Below are positions 40,701 through 53,597 of a DNA stretch of 64,000 bases, in pieces. The notes under the pieces are model-generated. The model made no database searches and was not told the DNA's origin. It saw only the letters and a list, made by a program, of their open reading frames with translations. The position numbers were made by a program, and so were the translations under genes. Position 1 is the stretch's first letter, and every line of letters begins with the position of its first letter. Source of the DNA: Thecamonas trahens ATCC 50062 (lineage: Eukaryota; Protista; Apusomonadida); contig NW_013657657.1 of NCBI RefSeq assembly GCF_000142905.1, positions 372,001 through 436,000 of the forward strand. The letters run 5' to 3'.

Positions 40701-43700
40701 ACGAGCAGATCGGTGTGGACAAGCTCGAGCGCCTTGTCCTTGATGGCAAATGATGGCGCAAAGACGAGCTGCTTGACAAAGTCAAACTCAAGATCGAGCT
40801 CCTTGAGGGCGGGCGCAATCCGGTCAGCGACGCGGACGACATCAGACGGTGGGATGGTGATTTGCCGCCGCGACGAGCCCGAGCCCGCGGCGACGTGGAC
40901 GGGCGCAGTGGGCGAGCGGACGTCAACGTCGAGAACAGTGACGATCTCGCCGCTGGACGTGGTAGCCTGCGCGCCCACAAAGATCGGCGGCGACGCGATG
41001 CCGCCGGCCACTGCAAGAGCACCAACGGCGGCGAGGAGCTGCTTGCCCTCAACAGGGGAGAGCGGCGCGGGATCGAGCGCGCTGGCACGCATACTGATCC
41101 ACGACAGCACATCCGGCAGCGAGTCGAGTGCAGCCTTGACGCCTGACACGACCATGGCCTTCCAACCGGCGCTTGCCTGCAGAGCGCGAAGGAGTGCGAC
41201 GGCAGCGTAGGCGACGTGCAGGTTGGCCTCGCGCATGGCGTGGCGCAGCGTCTCGGCGCTGTCGAGCGCCCGGGCCTCAGCCGGCACCACCCGCGGCACC
41301 GGAGCAAGAAGCAGCGAGCCAGCGAGGTGGAGAAGGGCGTCAACAAGCGGCTTGCCGCCGACAGTCAGTATGGTCTCCATCTCGACGCCGTCGGTAGACG
41401 GCAGGAGCTCGACAAGAATGTCAAAGAGGACCAGCTGGGTGGCGAGCGTCCGAGTCTCGAGGAGCATGGAGAGAACAAACTTGAGGTTGTCCGGCGAGCA
41501 CGCGATGCCGCGGATGTCCTTGGCGGTCTGCGGCTCGCCAGAGAGAATGACGAACCGGAGGAGCGATGCGAGGTCAAAGACGTAGCTCGACGAGAGCTGC
41601 GCGGCCTCGGCACATGCCTCGAGCCGGACGAGGAGCACGGAAATGAGTGTCCGTGCCCGCACAATGGCGGCGTCGGTCGGCTCGGAGACGTTGGAGCGGA
41701 CGACGACCTGAGCAGCAAGCGAGCAAAAGACGGCAAGGGTGGCGCGGCGGACGACGGACGAGTTCTCGTCGCCAGCCGCGATGGGGGCGAGGAACTTGAG
41801 GAGCGACGAGAAGACGCGCGCGTTCATAAGCGCGTCCTTGTCAGTGTCGCGGACGTCCATGTTGAGGATGTGAAGAATGACGAGCGCAGCGTCGGTCGAC
41901 GGTGCGGCGGCAAGCTCGCGGGCAGCGGCGGCGACAACCGCAAAGTACGCATCTGAAAGCTGACTGGCGACGAGGCTGCGGACACCAAAAGTGGCGTCGC
42001 GGTACGAGCTGCCGAACGCTTCCCACATGCGCGAGAGGAGCTCGCAGAGGGTAAACGACGAGACTGAGACCGAGGTGATGAGGCGGTACATGGCGGTGAG
42101 GCCCATGGTCCGCTGGCGAGCGTTGGCCTCGTGGTGCGCCACGAGGCGGGCGAGGACGTCGGCCGAGACCTGAGTATCTCCCGCCAGGAACGACGCGACC
42201 TCGCTGTAGAGGCCCTTGTACACGTTGACCTGAGACTCCATCTCCTGAGCCGAGAGCTTGCGCTTGAGTCCGCGCATCATGGCCGAGCGCCAGAAGGTCC
42301 ACGACGACATGGCGCGAGCGGCCTTGATGGCTGCCTTCCACCGCTGCTTGGCTTTGGACGGCCCAGTTGAGCCGGCCATCGGCGTTGCCACCTCCATGGT
42401 CGGCAGCATGGCGCGGGCAGCGGCGAGGAGGTGCTGCTTGACCTGCGGCTCAACGGCGGGGACGAGACCGGTCAGCAGCACAACCTTGGCGCGCAGCCTG
42501 CCGAGTGTTGTCCGCACCAATGTCGCGAGCGGAGCAAGGGTAGAGACGACTTCGGGTTCAAGCCCGAGGTCGGCGGCCGATGGCAGCGGCGAGTCAAGGG
42601 CCGCGTTGGCGGGCGCGAGGCCGACGACCGCCGGCAGGTACTCGAGCGTGGCCGACGGGAGCGGGGCGGCGAGCGGGGAGAGGGCACGGCGAAGCTCGAG
42701 GGCGACGTCAGTGGCGGAGCGGAAGGCGTGAATGACTGCTGATGTCGGCGATGCGTTTGAGCCGACAGCCAAAATGGGCTTGGGCCGCTTCTTGGCCTTG
42801 GCGGCCTTGGCAGCGTCGCCCGCGTCTCCACTTGCGTCTGACGCCGGCGACGAGCCGAGCGAGCCGCGATGAAAGTCGAGGAACTCGCCGAGCGAGCGCG
42901 AGTGGTAGAGGTGTGCGACGAGCGCAAGGTTAAGGGCGGTGAGGACGTAAGGACCCATGATGGTGTCACGAGCATTGCCGGTCAGCTGGAGCTCTTGCGG
43001 CGGCGATAGCGAAGCCAGTAGTGAGTCCATGGCCTTGGCCCACGGGTTGTCAGCGTTGTCGACAACGTCGGGCTCCAGGGCGGCGGTAACAAGGGCCTGC
43101 TCGGCCGGGCGAGTTCGATGGTCTCGAGGCCATCGCTTTGGCCGTTGGCAAAGAGCGAGGTACTGAGCCACTTGGTGTGGTTGCTCACGACGTCGGTGCC
43201 CAGGTCGGAGGGATAGACGCCTGGGGCGAGGAGCTCGGTGCAGGTAGCGACGTAGACCGACGAGAGCATGTTCTGCAGCGAGACAATCCACGGGACGGAG
43301 AGCGCCGGCTCGACGTAGGCGAGCACGCCCCATTCGACGTTGGAGCCATCCGAGTGGAACTTGATGTGGACGTCGGGCCCGGAACCGAGATGGGCTTGGA
43401 CCAAGAGTCGGTGCCAGACATGCGGTGCTCGACCGAGTCCGAGCCGGTGATGGCAATGTAGTCGTGGGTCCGCTCCGTCCGACACTGTGGGTCGAAACGG
43501 ACGGTGATGGAGAGCGAGCCTGGGAAGGAGAACGACCACGAGAGGTTGAGGTTGTTGGTGTACGGGTGCGGCGTTTCGATGGTCTCACACTGGGCGGCGC
43601 CGATGTCAAAGGCCGGAAGTGCGGCGAGCGCGCGCTCCATAGCGAGGGTGGCGGCGACGAGGGCGTCGGCAAAGACACGCGAGACGCTGGCGTCAGCGGC

Positions 43701-46700
43701 GGCGCTGTGAACGTCGATCAGGACGACCGGGACGAGGGTGCCAAACAGCCGCTCAAAGGCGGTGCAGAGCGTGTCGCGGTAGCCGGTCTTGATCGCGACC
43801 GGTGCATCATCCCATCCGGCTGGGAGCACGGCAAGGTCCTCGAGAACCGTGGCGGTGCGGGTGAGGAGGTGGACGCCGTAGCTGCGGCGGAGGCTGGCGA
43901 GGGCAGGCTCATCCGAGGCGCGGACGACAGCCTGCACTTCTTTGAGAAAAACAACCAGCGGCGAGGGGGCGTCAAAGGCGGCAGCGACCTTAGCGAGAGC
44001 GTCGGGTGTGGCGTCGGCGAGGTTGCTCGGCAGCACTGAGGCGAGGCTGGCAGACGCGGCGGCAGCGGTCTCGTCCACGATAGCCTCAAGGAGCTGAGAG
44101 GCGACGGCGACGTTGTCGGGCTTTGCGAGGGCGGTGACCAGCGGGTCCTTGGCGTGGCGGAGAAGCGCATCGAGGAGCATGTGCCGACCGGCAGTGAGGC
44201 CGTCTTTGGCCTGGAGAAGGGCGGCAAAGAGGGTGATGCGCGCCGATTCGGAGGGAATGAGAACGGTGTAGCCCGAGGCGAGCATGCCGACGGTGGTGGC
44301 CTTGACAAAGGCGAGCGCGTTTGAGTCACCGACCTCCATGTCGAGAAGCGCGTAGCAGATGTCCATGAATGAAGCCGCAAGCTCGTCGGTCATACCGTAG
44401 AGGCCAGCGGATGCGTCAAAGAGCGCGAGCTGGGCGAGGTTAGCGTGGAGCATGTGCATGCAGACGACAAGCTGGTAGACGGCGATCGGGGTGGCATCAG
44501 CCGGATCGGCAAGTACCGGGTTGGCTGCCGAGGCCACCAGCTCATAGAGAGTGGTAAAGGTCGACGAGACGAGGTCCCACACAAACGGCGAAGACGGCTT
44601 GAAGACGGTGAGCTCGGCGACAGTCGGAAAGCGCGGAAGCGAGCGGGCGGCGACGTAGTTGTCCATCAGCACAAAGAGGAGCGGAACAAGCTCGGCGACG
44701 GTGAGCGAGTCGTCGGTAGCCCCGCTCGCGAGCCTGTCGAGAATGGAAGTGCGGACGGTGGCAACAAACGGGTCCGAGACGGCGTTGGCGCCATCAGGAC
44801 GATCGTAGCCTGGGTTAGGGAACGCGAGCATCTTCTTTCCACCGTCGACGCACCAGAGCAGGTTGTTGACGACGTCGTAGGCGCGAAGCGAGTAACGGAA
44901 GCCGCGGTTGGTCGACTCGCGAGTGTCCATCTCGGCCGAGAGGCCGTCGGGCAGTTGGAGCTGCTCGGCGGCAGGCACGGCGTCGGAGGCAGCGGACGGC
45001 TCGCGCGGAATGCGGAAGCGTGCGAGGCGGGCCGGGCTGGTGTCGGAGAGGCACATGTGAACAAGCTCGATGCCGTTGGTGTAGATGCCAAAGACGTGGG
45101 TTGCGGGCGGCGGTGGAAAGTCGGCGGTGTACTTGACGACGAAAGTGGGAAGGACCGGGCCGGCAAACTCGAACCAGGCGGCGCCGTCGGCTCGGCGCGG
45201 GATGACCTTGACTACCTGCAGGCCGGAAAAGGCAGAGGCAAGCGGTGGGGTGCCGCTATCAGCTGCGGCCGGGACAACAGACTCGTAAAAGTAGAGGGCG
45301 AGGCCGTCGGAGGCTGGGCGATTGCGAAGCGGGAGACGGAGGAAGCGCGAGGTGTCGGGAACAAGCTGGGCGGCGGCGTCTGCGGGAGCGCCTTCGGGCG
45401 AACCTCGTTGACAGCCCAAAGCGCGGTGTCACCCGAGGTGGATGCAGCCGGGTAGAAGTTCTCGGCTTCGAGGGTGGCCTTGGAGACCCAGGTGATGATG
45501 ACGACCGGCTCAAAGGTGAGAAGCAGGATGTGATCGGGCTCAGAGGCAAAGGCAAAGACCATGGCGCGGCTGAGGTTACCCTGTACCCCGGGAGGCCGGA
45601 CGCGGGGATCGAGAACCGAGTCGTAGACGTAGCCGGCCTCGGTGAGGTTGATGCCGGTTCCAATTTTGGAGAGGTAGGAGGAGTCAGCGAGAGTGCCAAA
45701 GGCGTAGATATGGCTCCCGTCCGAGGCGTACGACGCGACAGGGATCTCGGGCCGCGAGCCCCAGTCGATGACAAAGTCTGCAACCGAGTTCTGGTCAGGG
45801 GCATGCATGGCGAGCTGGGCCGAGACGGTGGTTGACGATGAAGCCCACTCGGCGAGCTGCGCACGGAGCGGGAGCGAGGTGTCCGGCGGAAGGGCGAGGA
45901 GGGTGGGCAGGAGCTTGACAATGTCGAGTTGCGAGCCTCGAGCAATGGCCATTGAGAGCATCATCTTGACCAGCGACGCAGCGCTGCCGGAGCCGCCTGA
46001 TTCGGAGAGAAGCTCGATGAGGTACGACTGGAACTCTGCGAGTGAGGTCGAGATGAGCGGTGAGACGTCCGAGAGCGAACCCGGCGGCGAGGCGTTGAGC
46101 AGCGAGTCAAAGATGCCGAGGACCGAGGCGGTGAGGCCCGGATCGGACTTTGACTGCGACTTGAGGAGGGCAACAACAGTCTTGACCATGGCACCGACGG
46201 CGAGCGACTCGTGCGAGTCACCGGCGGCGACAGGCGCCGAGGCGCGCTGCACGGTGCCGCTCACCACGCACTTGAAGCCCCAGTCGTTGCGCGAGCCGTC
46301 CGAGTGAAAGTGAAAGTACACCCGGTCACCCGGCACGACGATCGGCCCGGACGGCCAGTTGGACGACGGTCCGGTCAAGCGCTCGCCGATCTGTCCGATG
46401 CGGCCAGGCGCGGAGTAGAGCTGGAGCCAATCGCACCCGTTCTCGGTGACGCACGCCGGATCAAAGAGCAGCGTCAGTTCGGAAGCGCCTGGGACCGAAG
46501 CTTCATAATCAACGTCCATGTTGTCGGAATAGTTATGAGGTGTCTCGACGATGACCTCAACAACTTCACCGGGGCGAGTTGTCGGCTTTGACTTCTTCTC
46601 CACATTCTCCATCTGGGCGGCCACCTGCTGCCGCCTAGCCATTGCTGCCTTGTCCAGCAACTTTGCCATGGCATGATGGGCGGCTTCCCGCAGCGATGGT

Positions 46701-47204
46701 GATGCTGTCCGTGCCCAATCTTCCGCCTCGAGTGCTCGGACGACTTGATCAGGGCTCTGTGACTCGAGGGAGGTAGGGAGCGGGGAGAGGGGGAGGAAAA
46801 AGAAAGACACGCACACGCCATGACAGCCACCGCAAGTTGTTTTCCGCACGACAGAAGGTATTGACCAGAGCCATGGAAATGGAAAACCATGTATTTCCAT
46901 ACAACGATGTTCAGGGTTATGGGAGGGGAGGGAATGGTGAGTTGCTCGTGGTGGCAGGGGGGGGGGGGGGGAAGGGGAGGGGGAGAGGGTGGCAGTGGCG
47001 CGGGGGAAAAAGGGGGCGGCGGCGGGAGGAACAAGAAGGGTGACGGGGAGGAGGACGGGGTGAGGGGTGTGGGGGGTGTGGGGGGGTGGTGGTGGTGGTG
47101 GGGGGAAAGGGGCGTACCATAGATGACACGTAGTTGTTATCAAACATGTTTGCAAGGATGGGGGGCGCCGTGGTGGTGGCGCCACTCGACTCGGTGTTGC
47201 CCAT
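34742..47204 (-). CDS. Giant (~4,000 aa) HECT E3 ubiquitin ligase with three CUB-like repeats, PA, UBA, SPRY and HECT domains; 5' intron(s) and three apparent frameshifts
   Basis: HECT: GEGSVDAGGPWRE, FLKYVWGRTRLP, LPSSHSCFNSL. SPRY: GYYEV..HSDDG..GDVIGVG..FFTKNG. Repeated ETxHxY..FD..C.TE...D..FHSD.S..WG. Exon 1 47204-47118 (MGNTESS, GTACGC donor) splices in phase to a CAG acceptor at 46757. Frames join at ~45400, ~43378 and ~43108. Confidence 0.85.
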
Positions 47205-47351
47205 GGTGGCAGGCGTAGGAGGAGTGTGTGTGTGTGTGACTGGCGTGGGTTAGCGCATGTGAAAGGATCATAAGGATGATGATGAGGAACTGCGATATTG
47301 AATGTGTGCTACAAGTACTTTCTTTTCCTGCGTCAGTGTCAGCCAATCAAT

Positions 47352-47423
47352 TCCCCCATAGTACAATGGCTAGTATATGAGCTTCTCACGTTCAAGATCA
47401 GAGTTCGATTCTCTGTGGGGGAG
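47352..47423 (+). tRNA. tRNA-Glu (CTC)
   Basis: Cloverleaf: acceptor TCCCCCA/TGGGGGA, D stem GTAC/GTAT, anticodon arm TGAGC-TTCTCAC-GTTCA, T arm CAGAG-TTCGATT-CTCTG; downstream T-run. Confidence 0.88.
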
Positions 47424-47697
47424 TTAACTTTTTTTTTGTCCAGCTCGCGACCCTGCCTTTGCAGGAAGGAATGCAGATCAAGTGGACGGTGTGATGGGAG
47501 GAGAGAAAGAAACAATGATAGATGTGCGATTGCCGTTGAATGTAAAGGGCGGTGATGGGATGGTAGTGGAGATGGCGTTGGATAGGACGCGCTGTGCACC
47601 GGTCGTGGGGCACCAGCGGTGTCTGGGATGAGAGTAAGGCAATAGACAATACTATACAAATGAGTAATTGGTTCGCCGCTGTATTCAGCCAATCAAT

Positions 47698-47769
47698 TCC
47701 CCCATAGTACAATGGCTAGTATATGAGCTTCTCACGTTCAAGATCAGAGTTCGATTCTCTGTGGGGGAG
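47698..47769 (+). tRNA. tRNA-Glu (CTC), identical copy 2
   Basis: Same 72-nt sequence 346 bp downstream of copy 1; followed by a T-run terminator. Confidence 0.88.
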
Positions 47770-47882
47770 TTACCTTTTTTTTGTCCAGCTCACAACCCTG
47801 CCTTTGCAGGAAGGAATGCAGATCAAGTGGATGGAGCGGTCGACTTGGAGAAGTAACGGCTTCAATTCGTTGCTGCTGCAAA

Positions 47883-50800
47883 CTAGATCTCGTCGTAGGC
47901 GGCGGTGCCGGTGTCGTCGTCGACAAACTCGGCGAGGCGGACACCCAGAGCCTCGAGCCAGGCCCCGACTTCGCCGAGGAGCTCGGCCTCAACAGCAACC
48001 TTTGTGTCAAGCATCGGGTCTGGCGACCCGGAAGCAGCGGCAGCGGCAGCGGCGTCGGCGTCAGCGGCCCAAGTCGACCAGACAGCGTCGAGGCAAGATG
48101 CAGCCTTGACCCATTCGGACTGGACGCGGGCCAGAGAGAAGGAGGGGACGGCGGCAAGATCCATCTCGCCGAGGCCGTGCGAGGTCAGCTTTGCGGAGCG
48201 GATGGCCGAGGTGGCGGCGTCACGGGCAGCCTGTGCCTCAGACTCTTCTCGGAGAATGCGCTTGATGTGCTCGGCAGCAACGTGGAGGAGATGGTCAACC
48301 TCGAGGAGGGCAGGCGAGCCCGGTGGAGCGGCGCGACGCAGCTGCTCGAGGGCGGCGATGCGAGCACGCTCGTGGTCGATGAGCGCGTCGGGCGCAGTGC
48401 CAACCCCCGCGGTGGAGGCAAGGTCGGCCAGGGCGATGGCGGCCGAGAGAAGGGCGAGCCACTGGTCGCGCTCGCCGGACGAGGCGGTGTAAAAGTTGAG
48501 GCTCCGGGCGCCCGAGGGCGGAGCAAAGACAAAGCCGCGATCGTCGTCGGAGCGGGCGCCGGTCGGGGCGACGCGGGCACCGGCGAGCTTGTACGCGCCC
48601 TGGACCTCAAAGCCGGCCTTGAAGAGGCCCTTGGGCATGGCCCAGAGCAGCAGGTCGTTGAAGAGAAAGAGTGTGGCCGACTTGCGCTTCTTCCCGGCGC
48701 GGACCCAGAGGCCGCCGTCGGTGACAAAGAAGCGGCCACGGGCGAGGAGTTCTTCGGCGTCAAAGTGCGGGCCGGGCTCGATGGCCTCAAGTACTTTGCG
48801 TGTGACGAGGCGGTTGTCCTTGAGGCGTTTGGACTCGTTGAGCGAGTCGGCAACGGCCTTGATGGCGGCGAGGCCGGCGCGGAGTGGAGTGTAGGCGGCC
48901 GAGTCGCGCGGGGTGAGGAGTACAAGATCCTTGAGTAGGAGCTCATAGCGCGGGATGCGCTGGACAGGCATGATGTGGAGGTCGAAGAGGTCAAGGCCGT
49001 GGAGGGCCGAGGCGTACTGGGCCGAGCGCGAGGCGAGAAACTGCTTGAGCGGATTCTTCTTCTTGAGTTTGGAAAGGAGCGCAACCGACTCGTCGTTGGC
49101 GTAAACGTACGGCTTGTAGGCAGCCTCGAGCGCCGGAGCGAGACGGACAAAGACGTCGCCGAGCTCGCCAATGGCGACAGGGCCACCAGCGAGCACCCGC
49201 TCTACCTCGGCCATCAACCGCGACGAGACGCGAAGCACGTCCTCGATCGAGGTGAACGTGGCCGGCACGTCCTTGTCGCGGAGGACCGAGGCGACGGCCG
49301 GACGGGTGAAGAGCTCGACCATCGACTTGATGGCCTTGACATAGGAGCGCTCCGAGGTGAGGACCTCACGGGCGACCTTGGTTCGCCTGCGGATCCGCTT
49401 GAGCAGCGGGCGCGTCACCTTCCGCACGGCGTAGCCGCGCCAGACCGACTGGATGACGACGGCGCGGGCGGCGATCTGCTCCCAGACAGGCGGGTCGAGC
49501 TCGCCGGGGACATTCTCGCAGAGCGACTCGTCGAGGTCGAGCGACTCGTCTGCAAACTCGGCGCCGGCATCATCGGCAGCAGCGGCGGCCGAGGCAGCAG
49601 CAGCAGCAGCAGCGGCGAGGCGGGCGCGGGCTGCGCGGCGTTCATCCTCTGCAGCAGCGGCAGCGGCTTTGGCGGCGGCGACGGCCTGCGAGCGATGGCG
49701 GGCAAAGTCGAGCGAGCGCGAGTTGGCGTTGGCACGAGCTTTGGCGAGGCGCGCGCGGCGCGAGGCGGCGGCTTTGGCGGCGGCGCGCTTGGAGCGCAGG
49801 ATGGGGTTCTGAGCCGACGAGCCGCGCTCGCGAAGCTTGGCCTGCCACTCAAGGTAGATGCGGAGGTTCATGGCACGGATGGCGGCAACAGACTCGGGCG
49901 ATGAGCCCGAGAGCATGTCTTCCAGTTCGGGGGTGAGCGAGTCGAGAGCAAGGCCGAGATTGACGAGGATAGCTGGGTCCGGGTACTCTGCGGCAACTCG
50001 GTCAGCGGCGAGGAGGCAAAGGTGTGACGGAGGTAGCGCGGACCCGAGGCCGGCTGGCGGGCGGCGAGCGAGTCAAGGAGCGAGAGCTCGAGCCTGCGGC
50101 GACGCGAAAGCTTGCGCTGCTCAACGCGGACGGCAGCAAGCGCGTCGCGCTCGGCCTCGAGCTCGTTCCACTCCCAGACGCGGAGCGCTGCAAGCGAGAC
50201 GCCGCGCTTGACACTTGGGTTCTTCACGCTTTTGGCGAGGAGTGAGGCGTAGAAGGAGGCGTTGCGCGGCTCGGCGTCGCGGCTGGACCTTGCCTTCTTT
50301 GAACGCGATGAGCGGCCGCCGGATTTCCGGAGGCGGGCGAGTGTGTGCTTGGCGATGAGCGCCTGTTGCTTGGAGACAGTCGAGTGGAGGTTGGCATCGC
50401 GGGCGGCAAGTTGCGAGACAGTTGTTGTCGAGGTAGCCAGGTTGTTGCGACGGGTGGCGAGGCGCTCGAGGAGCAGCCGCTTCTGGAGACGACGGACGGT
50501 TCGGGCGTGGTTCGACCGGGTGGCGGCGGCTTTGCTCGCCCGGGAGGCACGGCGGTGGGCAAGGAGCCGCTGGGTGTATGGCCCTGGGCCAGTCGATGCA
50601 TCACTGTCATCTGCGTCGGTATCGTACAGCCGCGGCGCGGTGGACGACGACAGAGAGGCCTCACCCCACGCCGGATCGACGAGCTCATTCCAGGCTGGGC
50701 TGGCTTCACGGACTGGGTCTGGCGAGTACGAGGCCGAGCTCGACGATGACGTCGACGCGGCAGTCGAGGCTGAGGATGACGCCGGCTCGGGTGAGGGGGT

Positions 50801-53308
50801 GCGTGGGGCTGGAGCTGGCGGCGACAGTGGCTGAACCTGAGAAGGCTCTGAGGGCGTGGCATGAGCGGATGGAGCTGTGGGAGCTGTGGAAGCTGCGGGA
50901 GCTGCGGACTCATCGAGCTCGTCGGCAAAGTCAAAATCGAGATCGAGGTCAATGTACTCGGGAACGTCAAACTCACGGGTGTCGTCCAGAACAACACGGG
51001 TGTCGTCGAGACGGGTGTCGTCGAGACGGGTTTCGTTGAGGCGAGTGTCGTCCAGGCGAGTGTCGTCGAGAGCCGACTCGAGATGAACGGTGAGATCGGC
51101 AAGGTCCGAGGCAAAGTCTGGAGGTGCGAGGGCGGCAGCAGCAGCGGCAGCAGGAGGGGGAGAGCGTGCAGGCGAGGACGCGTATGCGGCACGGGCGGAT
51201 GAGGATGTGGAGGCGGGAGGGGCGACGACATGGGCGCGGAGTCTCGCCTCGGCCCTACGGGCGGCAGCGGCGGCTTCAGCTTTTGCAGAAGTTTCAGCTT
51301 CAGCCTTGGCCTGTGCAGCGGCCTCGGCCTCGGCGTCAGCCTTTGCCTTAGTAGCAGCCTCTGCCTCTGCCTTTGCCTTGGCAGCAGCCTCTGCCTCGGC
51401 CTCAACCATAGCAGCAGCCTCGGCCTCGGCCTCAGCCATAGCAGCAGCCTCGGCCTCGGCCTTCGCCTTAGCAGCAGCCTCGGCCTCGGCCTCAGCCTTA
51501 GCAGCAGCCTCGGCCTCGGCCTCAGCCTTAGCAGCAGCCTCGGCCGCAGCCTTCGCCTTAGCAGCAGTCTCTGCCTCGGCCTTTGCCTTAGCAGCAGCCT
51601 CGGCCTCAGCCTTTGCCTCGGCAGCAGCCTCGGCCTCTGCCTTTGCCTCGGCAGCAGCCTCGGCCTCGGCCTCAGCCTTAGCAGCAGCCTCGGCATCAGC
51701 CTTCGCCTTGACAGCAGCCTCGGCCTCGGCCTCAGCCATAGCAGCAGCCTCGGCATCAGCCTTCGCCTTGACAGCAGCCTCGGCCTCAGCCTCAGCCTTA
51801 ACAGCAGCCTCGGCATCAGCCTTCGCCTTGACAGCAGCCTCGGCCTCGGCCTCAGCCATAGCAGCAGCCTCGGCATCAGCCTTCGCCTTGACAGCAGCCT
51901 CGGCCTCAGCCTCAGCCTTAACAGCAGCCTCGGCCTCGGCCTTCGCCTTGGCAGCAGCCTCGGCCTCAGCCTTGACAGCAGCCTCGGCCTCGGCCTTGAC
52001 GTTAGCAGCAGCCTCGGCATCAGCCTTCGCTTTAGCAGCAGCCTCGGCCTCAGCTTTCGCCTTAGCAGCAGCCTCGGCCTCAGCCTCAGCCTTAGCAGCA
52101 GCCTCGGCCTCAGCCTTTGCCTTAGCAGCAGCCTCGGCCTCAGCTTTCGCCTTAGCAGCAGCCTCGGCCTCAGCTTTCGCCTTAGCAGCAACCTGGGCCT
52201 CGGCCTTCGCCTTAGCAGCAGCCTCGGCCTCAGCCTCAGCCTTAGCAGCAGCCTCGGCCTCAGCCTTCGCCTTGGCAGCAGCCTCGGCCTCGGCCTCAGC
52301 CTTAGCAGCAGTCTCGGCCTCAGCCTTCGCCTTGGCAGCAGCCTCGGCCTCGGCCTCAGCCTTAGCAGCAGCCTCGGCCTCAGCCTTCGCCTTAGCAGCA
52401 GCCTCGGCCTCAGCCTCAGCCTTAGCAGCAGCCTCGGCCTCAGCCTTGGCAGCAGCCTCGGCCTCGGCCTTTGCCTTGGCAGCAGCCTCTGCCTCGGCCT
52501 TTGCCTTGACAGCAGCCTCTGCCTCAGCCTTTGCCTTGACAACAGCCTCTGCCTCTGCCTTCGCCTTGGCAGCAGCCTCTGCCTCAGCTTTCGCCTTGGC
52601 AGCAGCCTCGGCCTCGGCCTTCGCTTTAGCAGCAGCCTCGGCCTCATCTTTCGCCTTGGCAGCAGCCTCGGCCTCGGCCTTCACCTTCGCCTCGGCCGCA
52701 GCCTCAGCCTTCGCCTTGGCAGCAGCCTCGGCCTCGGCCTCAGCCTTAGCAGCAGCCTCAGCTTTAGCTAGCAATGCATCCACAGAGGCCAGACCGTCGT
52801 CCTCGTCCTCGTCACTATCCGCCAGCAGGTGCGCGACAGCAGCATGATCACTCCCAGCAACCCAATCATCGGAATCATCGTCATCCAGCACGGCAAAAGC
52901 CATCCGGTGCACTGTCGACGTGTCCCCACCACCAGACTCGGACATAAGGAGACCACTGAGTCCTGTATCGTTGAGCGAGAGCGCATCCAGTGCGTCACCC
53001 AACCCGTCATCGTCGCCATCGTCCGAGTCCATCGCATCCAGCTCAGCCGCCACACTCGCCAACCCGCTAATTCCATCGTTTTTCTTACCACTGGCCCGTT
53101 CTTCACCCGTATCCGGCGAGAGTGAGAGCGAGAGTGAGAGCGAGTCATCAGCAGCCTGCGCAAGCTCATCTGAAGTCACCTCTAGATCGTCATCGCCGCC
53201 GACCGAGCCGGCAGAAGCGTCCGAGTCGGACGACGCCGACGAAGACGACGACGACGACGCGAGCAGGTCGCTGTCGTCATGCGCAAGCAGCTGCGTCAGC
53301 GACGCCAT
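47883..53308 (-). CDS. RhoGEF (IQ-DH-PH) with acidic N-terminus and long AEAEAAAKAK repeat; apparent frameshift at ~50015 (~1800 aa joined)
   Basis: IQSVWRGYAVRK (IQ); EVLTSERSYV, IMPVQRIPRYELLLKDL (DH); LFLFNDLLL, ERDQWL (PH). One added C joins ..RHTFA to LLAADRVAAEY.., linking ORFs 49868-53476 and 47883-49916. Confidence 0.8.
51270..52770 (-). repeat. Coding tandem repeat, mostly 30-bp unit (AEAEAAAKAK), roughly 50 units
   Basis: Plus-strand cggcctcagccttcgccttagcagcagcct variants repeated, with occasional 24-bp units. Confidence 0.92.
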
Positions 53309-53525
53309 GTCTCCTCGTCCGCTGAGACAGGTGTTGACCTCCAGCCCCTGGTCATGGACACGGAGAAGGAGGCGGACTCGGACGCGGGCTCGGCGTCGGT
53401 CTCGGGTTTGGGCTCGACTCGTGGCGCCACACGCGTGTGTTGGGCAGCCGTTGGTTAACGACGAATGGGCATCCAATGTGATATTGAAATAAGCAGTACT
53501 CGTCGATCACTTTCAGCCAATTAAT

Positions 53526-53597
53526 TCCCCCATAGTACAATGGCTAGTATATGAGCTTCTCACGTTCAAGATCAGAGTTCGATTCTCTGTGGGGGAG
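53526..53597 (+). tRNA. tRNA-Glu (CTC), identical copy 3
   Basis: Same 72-nt cloverleaf, T-run terminator, shared flanks. Confidence 0.88.

Noticed and set aside
50224-52847. Arg/Leu/Pro, Ala/Ser and Leu/Ser/Gly repeat ORFs in other frames
   Set aside because: Alternative readings of the same 30-bp repeat; only the AEAAAK frame connects to sensible flanking sequence
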